From: an uncultured Alphaproteobacteria bacterium
GTDB lineage: Bacteria; Pseudomonadota; Alphaproteobacteria; HIMB59; GCA-002718135
Assembly: GCA_902521325.1 (NCBI GenBank)
Contig: CABYRE010000004.1
Location: forward strand, 3,743-67,742
Length of the DNA: 64,000 nucleotides
Direction: 5' to 3'
Shown: positions 47,054 through 56,203 of the stretch, piece by piece
Layout: every line of letters starts with the position of its first letter
Position numbering within the stretch: position 1 is the stretch's first letter
Made by a program: the position numbers and the translations under genes
The notes under the pieces: model-generated
Databases searched by the model: none
What the model was told of the DNA's origin: nothing
What the model saw: the letters and a program-made list of their open reading frames with translations, nothing else

Positions 47054-48412
47054 TTAGCCTCGTTCGAAGTATCTTCGTAATTGCCAGTCATTAACTGAAC
47101 CATCATAATCTTTTTGTTCCCATTCAGCAGCATGGATATAATGATCTAGTACATCTTGTGGAAATATCTCTTTTAAGAATTTAGATTTTTTAGCAAGTTG
47201 AATTGCTTCATTAAGTGTTTTAGGAACTTCATTTAATTTTTTCTCATAAATATTCCCTGAATAAGGCTTATCTAATTTAAGTTTATTTTTAATACCATAT
47301 AATCCAGCACCAACTAAAGCAGCAAAAGAAAGATAAGGATTAACATCTGCTCCTGGGACTCGACATTCAATTCTTATGGATGATCCATGACCAGCTAATC
47401 TAAACCCAGCAGTACGATTATCAATTCCCCAAACAGATTTTGTAGGAGCAAATGATCCATCTTGAAATCTTTTATATGAATTAATATTTGGTGCTAAAAA
47501 AATTGATATATCTGGTAATAATTTAATTTGTCCCGCAAGATAACTTTTAAAAACATTAGACATTCCATATTTATCCTTAGGGTTATAAAAAATATTTTTC
47601 TTTGTTTTCTTATCAAATAAAGAGTTATGAATATGACATGAACTTCCACAAACTTCTTTTTTATATTTAGCCATAAAGGTCACAGCCTTGTTATATTTAT
47701 AAGCAATTTCTTTTGTCGCATTTTTAATTAAAATATGATTGTCAGCCATGTTTAATGCATCTGAAAAAACAACATTGATTTCTTCTTGTCCTGGAGCTGC
47801 TTCACCCTTAGAGCATTCTACATAAATTCCACTTTCTAGAAGAGAATTTCTTAATTCCTGCATCACATCCTCTTCTTTTGTAGTTTGGAAAATCATGTAA
47901 TCTTCAATATACCAAGAAGATTCTTTAAGTTTTGTATAATTATTATTATGAATTTCTTCATAGGTTTGATTGAAAAGAAAAAATTCTAATTCTGAACCAA
48001 CCATAGATTGAAATCCCATTTTGTCCGCCTTAGCTAAAACATCTTTTAATACTTGTCTTGTTGAATGAATAAGCGGTTTTTTTCCTGAATGGTCTAAACA
48101 ATCACAAATTACTATAGCTGTTTTATTTAACCAATTAGCGATCTTTATTGTTTTGAGATCTGGAATTACAGTCATATCTCCATAACCAGTTTCCCATGAA
48201 GAAGATTTGTATCCAGGTACAGTAAACATGTCCATATCAACAGTATAGAGATAGTCACACATATGTGTTTCTTTATAAACATAATCGATAAATGCTTTTC
48301 CAGTAACTCTTTTACCATTTAGTCTACCTTGCATATCTGATACACAAACTAAAACAGTATCTATTTCTTTTTTTGTTATTAATTTTTTTAACTGATTGAA
48401 TGTAATACTCAT
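47054..48412 (-). CDS. Glutamine-synthetase-family gamma-glutamyl-amine ligase (PuuA / GlnA3 / GmaS-like)
   Basis: GS catalytic domain blocks GSELEFFLF, GSSCHIHNSL and NPYL. Operon context with ALDH and ADH rather than nitrogen-regulation genes. Confidence 0.75.
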   Translation of the reverse strand: MSITFNQLKKLITKKEIDTVLVCVSDMQGRLNGKRVTGKAFIDYVYKETHMCDYLYTVDMDMFTVPGYKSSSWETGYGDMTVIPDLKTIKIANWLNKTAIVICDCLDHSGKKPLIHSTRQVLKDVLAKADKMGFQSMVGSELEFFLFNQTYEEIHNNNYTKLKESSWYIEDYMIFQTTKEEDVMQELRNSLLESGIYVECSKGEAAPGQEEINVVFSDALNMADNHILIKNATKEIAYKYNKAVTFMAKYKKEVCGSSCHIHNSLFDKKTKKNIFYNPKDKYGMSNVFKSYLAGQIKLLPDISIFLAPNINSYKRFQDGSFAPTKSVWGIDNRTAGFRLAGHGSSIRIECRVPGADVNPYLSFAALVGAGLYGIKNKLKLDKPYSGNIYEKKLNEVPKTLNEAIQLAKKSKFLKEIFPQDVLDHYIHAAEWEQKDYDGSVNDWQLRRYFERG

Positions 48413-48496
48413 GTTTCTTAAAATTAAATTTGTATCATTTTCATATCCTAAATGATAAAGAATGAAACAAAAATAATTAATTAAAAAACGCAGAAA

Positions 48497-49930
48497 ATGG
48501 AAAAATATAAGAATTATATAAATAATAAATGGATTGAAAGTGAGTCCAAGGAAACAATAAAGGTTGATGATCCATCAAATGGTAAAATCATTGGTGAAAT
48601 TTCATGTGCAAAAAAAAATGAAGTTGATCTTGCAGTAGAAGCAGCTAAAAATTCTTATAACAGCAGAGTACTGGTAGATATGCCTTTACTCTCGAGAGCA
48701 AAACTTATGCGAAAGATTGCTGAAGAAACAAGAAAAGTTTCTAAAGAAGGAGGAGAACTTCTTTGTTATGAAAATGGAAAAAATATTGCTTCAGCAATTA
48801 AAGAGTTCAATGATGTAGCTGATATGTTTGATTATTACGCTGGCTTAACTGATAAACTTGAAGGTAAAACAATACCTGTAGCAAAAAATGTTTTTGATTA
48901 CACAATTTTAGAACCTTTTGGTGTATCGGCACATGTTGTGCCTTGGAATTTCCCATTATCAATGATTGGAAGATCACTATCTTGTTCATTTGCCACAGGA
49001 AATTCAACAATCATTAAAACTGCAGAATTAACTCCTTTGTCAGCAACAATTTTTGCAAAGGCAATACAAAATGCAGATGTACCAGAAGGATTAATCAATA
49101 TAATTTGTGGATATGGCAATGAAGCAGGATCTTATCTTGTATCTCATGAAGATGTAAATCATATAGTATTTACAGGCTCAGTTGCCACTGGAAAAAAAAT
49201 ACTTCATGCTTGTGCTGATAAAGCTATTCCTGCTGTAGTTGAATTGGGAGGTAAGTCAGCTGGTATTGTTTACCCTGACGCTGATCTAAATGAAGTTCTA
49301 GAAAGTGCTCGTTCAGGAATATTTAGTGTTGCAGGACAAATTTGTACAGCGATGTCTAGATTGGTAGTTCATAAGTCAATTAAAGATGAATTAGTAGATA
49401 AGCTTGTTGATATGAGTAAATCTTTAAAAATTGGACCTGGTATAGAAAAAGATACAGACCTAACTCCTGTAATATCAGAAAATCAACTACAAAAAGTTGA
49501 AGGTTATGCAAGATCAGGAATTCAAGAAGGGGCAGAAGCAGCGTACGGTGGAAAAAGATTAGAGCGTGAAGGATATTTTATGGAACCAACTGTTCTAAAC
49601 AATGTTAAACAAAATATGACTGTAGCCAGAGAAGAAATATTTGGTCCAGTACTCTCAGTTCTTGAATATGAAGATCAAGAGGAAGCCATAAATATTGCAA
49701 ATGATACTGAGTACGGATTAGGTGCAGGAGTTTTTACTAAAGATCTTAAGAAAGCATCTTGGACTGCAAGCAAATTAGAAGCTGGTCAAGTATATGTAAA
49801 TAAATGGTTCACCGGAAATCATGCAACACCTTTTGGAGGTTATAAACAATCAGGATATAGCCGTGAAAAAGGAGTAGATGGACTTAAATCTTATCTTCAA
49901 GTTAAGAATGTAGGTATTAGCTTAAGCTAA
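48497..49930 (+). CDS. NAD(P)-dependent aldehyde dehydrogenase
   Basis: VELGGKS, GQICTAMSR and EEIFGPV. Paralog of 8400..9836. Confidence 0.9.
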   Translation: MEKYKNYINNKWIESESKETIKVDDPSNGKIIGEISCAKKNEVDLAVEAAKNSYNSRVLVDMPLLSRAKLMRKIAEETRKVSKEGGELLCYENGKNIASAIKEFNDVADMFDYYAGLTDKLEGKTIPVAKNVFDYTILEPFGVSAHVVPWNFPLSMIGRSLSCSFATGNSTIIKTAELTPLSATIFAKAIQNADVPEGLINIICGYGNEAGSYLVSHEDVNHIVFTGSVATGKKILHACADKAIPAVVELGGKSAGIVYPDADLNEVLESARSGIFSVAGQICTAMSRLVVHKSIKDELVDKLVDMSKSLKIGPGIEKDTDLTPVISENQLQKVEGYARSGIQEGAEAAYGGKRLEREGYFMEPTVLNNVKQNMTVAREEIFGPVLSVLEYEDQEEAINIANDTEYGLGAGVFTKDLKKASWTASKLEAGQVYVNKWFTGNHATPFGGYKQSGYSREKGVDGLKSYLQVKNVGISLS

Positions 49931-49935
49931 TAATA

Positions 49936-51411
49936 TTAACCCATAGTAAAAGGATCACTCATTGGTTTCCGAGAAACATTAAACCAAGTAGTTTTTACTC
50001 TGGTATATTCTTTTATTGATTCTTGACCTGCCTCTTTGCCATATCCACTATCTTTCATACCTCCAAATGGTGCCATTGGAGAAATTAAACGGTAGGTGTT
50101 TACAAAAACTATTCCAGCTCTAATTGCTTTTGAAACTCTCATTCCTCTTCCCAAATCTTTTGTATAAACACCAGATGATAATCCATACTTGTTATCATTC
50201 ATAAGGTTTACTAATTCATCTTCTTTTTCAAATTTCATCACAGATAAAACTGGGCCAAACAATTCATTTTCTGCTGTAGGTAAATTATGATTTTCGCATT
50301 CTATGATAGTTGCTGGAAAATAATATCCTTTATTAGATAAAGAGGATCTTTTTCCACCACACTTTATTACTCCGCCTTGTTGAACAGTATCATTTATATT
50401 TTTTTCAATTACTTCAAGCTGTTTAAGACTATTCAAAGGTCCCATTTGTGTTTCATCTGACATAGGTGGTCCTAATTTTATTTTTTTAGCTTTATCTATA
50501 AGTTTGTTTAGAAATATCTCGTAGATAGATGATTGAATATATAATCTTGATCCTGCAATACAACTCTGACCACTAGCACCAAATATACCTGCAGTTATTC
50601 CATTAAGTGCATTTTCTTGATCAGCATCATCAAAGACTGCAACTGGACTTTTTCCACCAAGTTCTAGACTTACTTGAGACAAATTATATGATGAATTTTT
50701 TACAATATGCCTTGCTGTTTCAGGTCCACCTGTAAAAGCAATCCTTTCAACTAAATGGTGTTGTGTTAATGCTTTGCCACAAGGATCCCCTAGACCAGTT
50801 ATAATATTAACAACTCCTTTTGGCATTCCCGTTTTTTCAATAAGTTTAGCAAATTCTAATAGTGTAACTGGTGCTAATTCAGATGCTTTAATGACAACAG
50901 TATTTCCCATAGCTAGAGCTGGAGCCAATTTTACAGCTGTAAGAAGCATTTGAGAATTCCAAGGAATAATTGCAGCCACTACTCCTATTGGCACTCTAGT
51001 AGTTGTAACTTGCATATCTTCTTTATCAATAGGTATAACAGCTCCCTCAACTTTATCTGCTAGTCCTGCAAAGTAATCATAATACTCTGAAATATAATTA
51101 GCTTGTGTCTTTGTTTCACGAAATAACTTCCCTGTATCAATTGTTTCAATTTTACCAAGATGTTCAGCATTCTCTCGTAATTCATTTGCTATTAATCGTA
51201 AATATTTAGCTCTTTCACGCGGGTGTAATTGTGACCAAGAACTATCAAAAGCTTTTTGTGCACTTTGTACTGCAAAATCAACATCTTGATCATTTGCTTC
51301 TGGTACAGAAGCCCAAACTTCATTATTTTCTGGATTGAGTGTTTCTATTTTTTTATCAGATGATGAATTGACCCATTCACCGTTAATAAACATTTTATAT
51401 TCTTGTATCAT
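49936..51411 (-). CDS. NAD(P)-dependent aldehyde dehydrogenase
   Basis: LELGGKSP, GQSCIAGSR and NELFGPV. Confidence 0.9.
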   Translation of the reverse strand: MIQEYKMFINGEWVNSSSDKKIETLNPENNEVWASVPEANDQDVDFAVQSAQKAFDSSWSQLHPRERAKYLRLIANELRENAEHLGKIETIDTGKLFRETKTQANYISEYYDYFAGLADKVEGAVIPIDKEDMQVTTTRVPIGVVAAIIPWNSQMLLTAVKLAPALAMGNTVVIKASELAPVTLLEFAKLIEKTGMPKGVVNIITGLGDPCGKALTQHHLVERIAFTGGPETARHIVKNSSYNLSQVSLELGGKSPVAVFDDADQENALNGITAGIFGASGQSCIAGSRLYIQSSIYEIFLNKLIDKAKKIKLGPPMSDETQMGPLNSLKQLEVIEKNINDTVQQGGVIKCGGKRSSLSNKGYYFPATIIECENHNLPTAENELFGPVLSVMKFEKEDELVNLMNDNKYGLSSGVYTKDLGRGMRVSKAIRAGIVFVNTYRLISPMAPFGGMKDSGYGKEAGQESIKEYTRVKTTWFNVSRKPMSDPFTMG

Positions 51412-51412
51412 A

Positions 51413-52195
51413 TTAAGTATTTAGAAATTTTTTTATTATCATATTTACATTTGAGGAATACTCAATACTGCATAAGTGTTTAGCATTAGTAATTTTAAAA
51501 AATTGTGAGTTAATAAGTTCCTTTGATAAGTTTTGTGACATTTTCACTGTAGAACCCTGATCTTTTGTACCAGTTAAAACAAGAGAAGGTACTTTTATTT
51601 TTTTAATTTCTTTTGTACTATCTTTGAAATAAGAAAATAGTTTGTATGATTTTAAAAAATTTAAATAATCTTTGTTTTTTTTATTAAGAGTAGTTAAAAT
51701 ATATTTTTTTATCTTTGGGTTGTTATTAATAAATTTAGGACTTAACCATCTTTTTAAAGCCAAATTGGATATTGGTATATTTTTCTTTGCTTTTTTGTAT
51801 CTTTCTCTGACATTATATTTTTCCAAATTATCTCTTTTAAAAACAGTAGATATTAAAATTAATTTATTAACTTTTTTTTGATATTTTTTAGCAAAATTTA
51901 GAGCAACTAAAGAACCAAATGAAAAACCTACAAGATTTATTTTTTTAATATTTAAATTATTTAACAAATTATTTAATTGTTTTGAAAAATCTTCAAAATT
52001 AACACTTTTTTTATTTAGTGGTGTTTTTCCATGTCCTAATAGATCATAGACTAAAATTGAATTGTTTTTAAAAGATCTAATTTGAGGAAACCACATTTCA
52101 TGATCCAGACCAACACCATGAATAAAAACTATAGGAATATTTTTTCTTTTATAAAATTTATAATAATTTTGATTTTTATCAAAATTCTTTAACAT
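51413..52195 (-). CDS. Alpha/beta-fold hydrolase
   Basis: HGVG oxyanion region and nucleophile elbow GFSFGS. Extremely Lys/Asn-rich. Confidence 0.75.
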   Translation of the reverse strand: MLKNFDKNQNYYKFYKRKNIPIVFIHGVGLDHEMWFPQIRSFKNNSILVYDLLGHGKTPLNKKSVNFEDFSKQLNNLLNNLNIKKINLVGFSFGSLVALNFAKKYQKKVNKLILISTVFKRDNLEKYNVRERYKKAKKNIPISNLALKRWLSPKFINNNPKIKKYILTTLNKKNKDYLNFLKSYKLFSYFKDSTKEIKKIKVPSLVLTGTKDQGSTVKMSQNLSKELINSQFFKITNAKHLCSIEYSSNVNMIIKKFLNT

Positions 52196-52783
52196 TTATT
52201 TTGGCTCTATACCCATTTCTTTCATATCTTGATATCTATCACCAGTCCTAGCATGAGCTCTGCCTGTTGTTGCTCCTCCAATAGCGATTACAATTTCATT
52301 GTCAAATGGAGCATCGTGAATTGTAAATTCATGTGTTAAATAATAAGGTCTTAGACCAGCATCTGTTTTGTGCATCATAGGAATTGAAATTTTTGATCCA
52401 GCAGGACCTCTAGTATTAGTAAAACTTAAATAAGAAGTTCCACCTACGGCATCTCTAAAAATGTTACCAAACCGCAGAGTGTGTATAAAAGCTGAAGCAT
52501 GTTCAATTTCGCCATTTAAACCTACTATGCCTGCTTTCCCATAAGCTAAAATTTTTTCTGGTGAACCTATTTCTTTTACAAGTTCAGGGACAAGAATAGC
52601 CCCTAACTTTGGTGCAAGATCTAAAATTATAGGTTTTAAATCTTCAACAAATCCCTTATCTTTCCATGGATTTTCAAAAACTGCTGCTACAGAAACTAGT
52701 AGCACTGGATCCTTAGCCTCTTTTCCTCCTTCGATGAAAGTTTTATCTACAAATTTATTAAATTTACGTAACTTCAATTCCAT
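52196..52783 (-). CDS. Amino-acid-synthesis family protein (Pfam AA_synth, DUF1185-type); function unknown
   Basis: About 195 aa. Blocks GKAGIVGLNGEIEHASAFIH and HDAPFDNEIVIAIG match my memory of this family. Needs HMM confirmation. Confidence 0.6.
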   Translation of the reverse strand: MELKLRKFNKFVDKTFIEGGKEAKDPVLLVSVAAVFENPWKDKGFVEDLKPIILDLAPKLGAILVPELVKEIGSPEKILAYGKAGIVGLNGEIEHASAFIHTLRFGNIFRDAVGGTSYLSFTNTRGPAGSKISIPMMHKTDAGLRPYYLTHEFTIHDAPFDNEIVIAIGGATTGRAHARTGDRYQDMKEMGIEPK

Positions 52784-52785
52784 TA

Positions 52786-53952
52786 TTAACTGGCAATTTG
52801 AATATTTGATTCATCAAGTTTTATTTTCGGCATTACTTCATTTGTAAATAATTTTATACTTCTCATACATGCTTCATGATCAATTCCTGGAAAGTTTGAC
52901 CAAACTTGTAAATTTTGTAGATTTAATTCTGATTTTAATTCATTAATTTTATTAACCACGTATTCCGGTGTTCCAAAAAGTAAATTTCTTTTATGTAAAA
53001 AATCATAATTTAATAAATCTAATTTATGGTCAGTTTCTGGAAGTATTTCACCTGGGTCCATATGATTACCTAAACCCCGCCAGTGACAAACCCAACGCAT
53101 ATAATTTACTATATGTTCTCCAGCAAGTTTTTCAGCTTCTTCCATTGTATCAGCTATAAACATATCTCTAACAAGACAGATGCCTTCTCCAAGAGGAACT
53201 TCTCGGTTTTCAGCTTTTGATTTTGCTTCCTTGTAGAGTAGAAATCTTTTCTTGAGTGCTTTAACAGTAGGTATCCACATTATAGTATTTATTCCATTTA
53301 CTGCTGCCCACTCTATTGATGAGGGGCTATCAACTACTTGCCAAATTGCTGGATGAGGTTTTTGAAATGGTTTTGGGACAATGCTAATTTTTTTTACTTC
53401 ATTAGTATCTATATCCAAGAACTCTTCACTTGGTGGACTCATATCATGTTGCCATTTAAAGTTTGGTGCAGGATAAGTGTAAAACTCTCCTTTGTGATTA
53501 AAAAATTTTTCTGTCCAAGCTTTTTTCATTATGCTTAATGTCTCTTCAAATAATCTAAAGTTTTTTGCTTGATCTTTGAGATCGGCCTCTTTATTCATAT
53601 TTATTGCTTCTCTTCCGTATACACCTCTTCCAATTCCAACCTCTACTCTGCCTTCAGATAATTGATCTAAAAAAGCTATATCTTCAGCTAGACGGATAGG
53701 ATTATGAAAAGTTATTACATTACATGCTTGTCCAATTTTTATTTTTTTTGTTCTTGCAGCAACATCTGTTCCCATCATCAGAGGATTAGTACAAGACTCC
53801 ATACCTTCATGATTGAAATGGTGCTCTGTAAACCAAATTGAATCCCAATTGTTTTCATCACAAAAAACTGATATTTCTCTTGCTTCTTCTAATAATTGAT
53901 TAAATGGTTTGTGTTTCCAATTAGTCGTATTACAAAAATATCCAAATTTCAT
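52786..53952 (-). CDS. Luciferase-like (LLM class) flavin-dependent monooxygenase
   Basis: N-terminal MKFGYF...SIWFTEHHF signature of bacterial luciferase-like proteins. Confidence 0.82.
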   Translation of the reverse strand: MKFGYFCNTTNWKHKPFNQLLEEAREISVFCDENNWDSIWFTEHHFNHEGMESCTNPLMMGTDVAARTKKIKIGQACNVITFHNPIRLAEDIAFLDQLSEGRVEVGIGRGVYGREAINMNKEADLKDQAKNFRLFEETLSIMKKAWTEKFFNHKGEFYTYPAPNFKWQHDMSPPSEEFLDIDTNEVKKISIVPKPFQKPHPAIWQVVDSPSSIEWAAVNGINTIMWIPTVKALKKRFLLYKEAKSKAENREVPLGEGICLVRDMFIADTMEEAEKLAGEHIVNYMRWVCHWRGLGNHMDPGEILPETDHKLDLLNYDFLHKRNLLFGTPEYVVNKINELKSELNLQNLQVWSNFPGIDHEACMRSIKLFTNEVMPKIKLDESNIQIAS

Positions 53953-54030
53953 TTTAATAAAATTTATATTAAGTTACGACCGATCCCACTTTCGTAATAA
54001 TTATACGCTGAGTTATGTATCGTTAATGAT

Positions 54031-54060
54031 ATAATATCACTATTATTACAATTGTTGCAA
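54031..54060 (-). promoter_or_regulatory. Candidate promoter for the LLM operon (TTGCAA-N18-TATTAT on the minus strand)
   Basis: Pattern match in the 117-nt spacer upstream of 53952. Confidence 0.3.
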
Positions 54061-54069
54061 TAGATTAAA

Positions 54070-55299
54070 CTAAAATCTTGATGGAGAATAAGCAGTAATA
54101 TCAATATTTGGCACTTGATCCTTTGATAAACTATCAATAATTTTTCCTGTCACAGCTCCTAAGGTCCAGCCAACATGTTGATGTCCAAAGGCATAAATAA
54201 CATTATTATTCTGTTTAGATTTTCCAATAATTGGAAGTGAGTCAGGTAAAGTTGGTCTTCTACCCATCCATGTTGATTTAATATCTCCTAGTTGAGGTAA
54301 AACTTTTCTTGATTGTCTTTCTATCATTTCAAGACGTTTCTTATTTGAAGGTTTTGTTAATCCTGCAATTTCAACAGTTCCTGCGGCTCTGATACCATTA
54401 TGAATTTGTATTAAATAAAATCCAGATTCAGACCAAGCAACTGGTCGATTAATCAATTTTTCATTTGTTTTAAATAAAATATGATATCCTCTTTCAGTAT
54501 CAAGTGGAAATTTGTCACCAACCATATTTGCAATTTGATTCGACCAAGCACCAGCACTTATAATTACTTTATCAAAGTTTATTTTTTTATCTTCTAAAAA
54601 TAATTCTATTCTGCTTTCATTTTGAAATATATTTTTAACATTTTGCTTTATATAAATACCACCTATCTCTAAAAATTTTTCGAAAATTTTTGTGCTAATA
54701 GCTAAAGGATTTGTTGTGTGTCTTGATCCAGTAAACACTTGACCCGCATAATAAACATCAGCAATGTTTGGTTCTAATTCTTTAACCTCATTTTTAGTTA
54801 AATTTCTAACTTTAACTCTATTATTTTTTCTAATTACATTTGCGTATTCATAATCTTCAAAAGATTTTTTAGTATCAAATAAATATAAATTTTCTTCATC
54901 ACTTATATACTCTTGCACATCTATATCTTTGAAAATTTCATCATAAGATAGCTGTGAATGCTTTAATAGATTTGTAAGTGAACTAGCAATCTCATCAACT
55001 TTTTCTTTTTTGCAATTTTTGAGAAAACTTAAAGCCCAAGGTAAATTTTTAAGAATATAAAAAAAATCAACAGCTAAAGGACCATCTTTTCTCAATAGCA
55101 TTTTAGGTATATCCCATATTAATCCAGGGTAATTTACAGGAACATTTGCATAGTCAGCAAAACTACATGCATGACCAAAACTGGTCATTGTACCCGGATC
55201 TTCTCTATCTATAAGAGTTACATTAAAGCCAGATTTTTTTAGAAAATAAGCACTACAGATACCTACTATTCCAGCACCAATAACAGCAATGTCCTTCAC
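54070..55299 (-). CDS. FAD-dependent amine/amino-acid oxidoreductase (DadA / PuuB / DAO family)
   Basis: The dinucleotide motif VIGAGIVG lies right after the proposed GTG start (VKDIAVIGAG), 4 nt after the permease stop. The ORF track ATG at 55356 would overlap the permease by 53 nt. Confidence 0.8.
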   Translation of the reverse strand: MKDIAVIGAGIVGICSAYFLKKSGFNVTLIDREDPGTMTSFGHACSFADYANVPVNYPGLIWDIPKMLLRKDGPLAVDFFYILKNLPWALSFLKNCKKEKVDEIASSLTNLLKHSQLSYDEIFKDIDVQEYISDEENLYLFDTKKSFEDYEYANVIRKNNRVKVRNLTKNEVKELEPNIADVYYAGQVFTGSRHTTNPLAISTKIFEKFLEIGGIYIKQNVKNIFQNESRIELFLEDKKINFDKVIISAGAWSNQIANMVGDKFPLDTERGYHILFKTNEKLINRPVAWSESGFYLIQIHNGIRAAGTVEIAGLTKPSNKKRLEMIERQSRKVLPQLGDIKSTWMGRRPTLPDSLPIIGKSKQNNNVIYAFGHQHVGWTLGAVTGKIIDSLSKDQVPNIDITAYSPSRF

Positions 55300-55303
55300 T
55301 ATT

Positions 55304-56200
55304 TTATCGAGCTTTAATACCTCTGAGTTTTTCAGACCTTCTTCTAAGTAGCTCAACTGTGGTTAATAAAAAGATTGAGAGTAAAACTAAACATGTTGCC
55401 ATGCATAATATAACGGGGCTTATTTCTTGACGTATTCCAGCCCACATTTGTTTAGGAATTGTTAATTGATCAATACTTGCCATAAACATAACTATAACTA
55501 CTTCATCGAAAGATGTAATAAAAGCAAATAAAGCTCCTGATATAATACCTGGTAAAATCAACGGCATAATAACTTTAAAAAATGTTCTCATTGGTTTAGC
55601 GCCTAAGCTCTGTGCAGCTTTTACCATATTCATATCGAAACCAACTAATGTTGCCGTTACAGTAATTACTACAAAGGGTGTAGCAAGAGCAACATGTGCA
55701 AGAATTACACCTGTGAAAGTATAAACAAGACTTATTCTTGCATAGAAAAAGAACATTCCTGCAGCTGTTATAATTAGTGGAACAATCATTGGTGAAATTA
55801 ATATTGCCATTATCAAACCTTTATATGGCATATGTGGCCTACTTAAACCTAATGCGGCTAATGTTCCTAAGGCTGTAGCAATAACAGTTGCTATAATACC
55901 AATATAAAAACTATTTACTGTACCTTTCATCCATTTTGTTGAACAAGGAACAGTAGAAGAAACAACATCAGCACTACAATCACCAATCATGTTTCTATAC
56001 CATCTAATTGACCATGCTTCTGGATCAGGAGGCCATGCAAGCATTCCTTCAGTAAAAACCATAAATGGAGAAACGCTAAAAGATATTGGAATAATTGCAA
56101 ATAGTGGTGCAATTAAAAAAAAGAAAACCACCGCACAAAAAAATAAGTAAAAATAATAATAGGTTCTTTGTACTGGTGTAGCGTAACTTGGAAGAGCCAT
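55304..56200 (-). CDS. Polyamine/opine-type ABC transporter permease (PotC-like)
   Basis: Six hydrophobic segments and EAA-type loop AAQSLGAKPMRTFFKVIMP. Confidence 0.85.
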   Translation of the reverse strand: MALPSYATPVQRTYYYFYLFFCAVVFFFLIAPLFAIIPISFSVSPFMVFTEGMLAWPPDPEAWSIRWYRNMIGDCSADVVSSTVPCSTKWMKGTVNSFYIGIIATVIATALGTLAALGLSRPHMPYKGLIMAILISPMIVPLIITAAGMFFFYARISLVYTFTGVILAHVALATPFVVITVTATLVGFDMNMVKAAQSLGAKPMRTFFKVIMPLILPGIISGALFAFITSFDEVVIVMFMASIDQLTIPKQMWAGIRQEISPVILCMATCLVLLSIFLLTTVELLRRRSEKLRGIKAR

Positions 56201-56203
56201 TTT

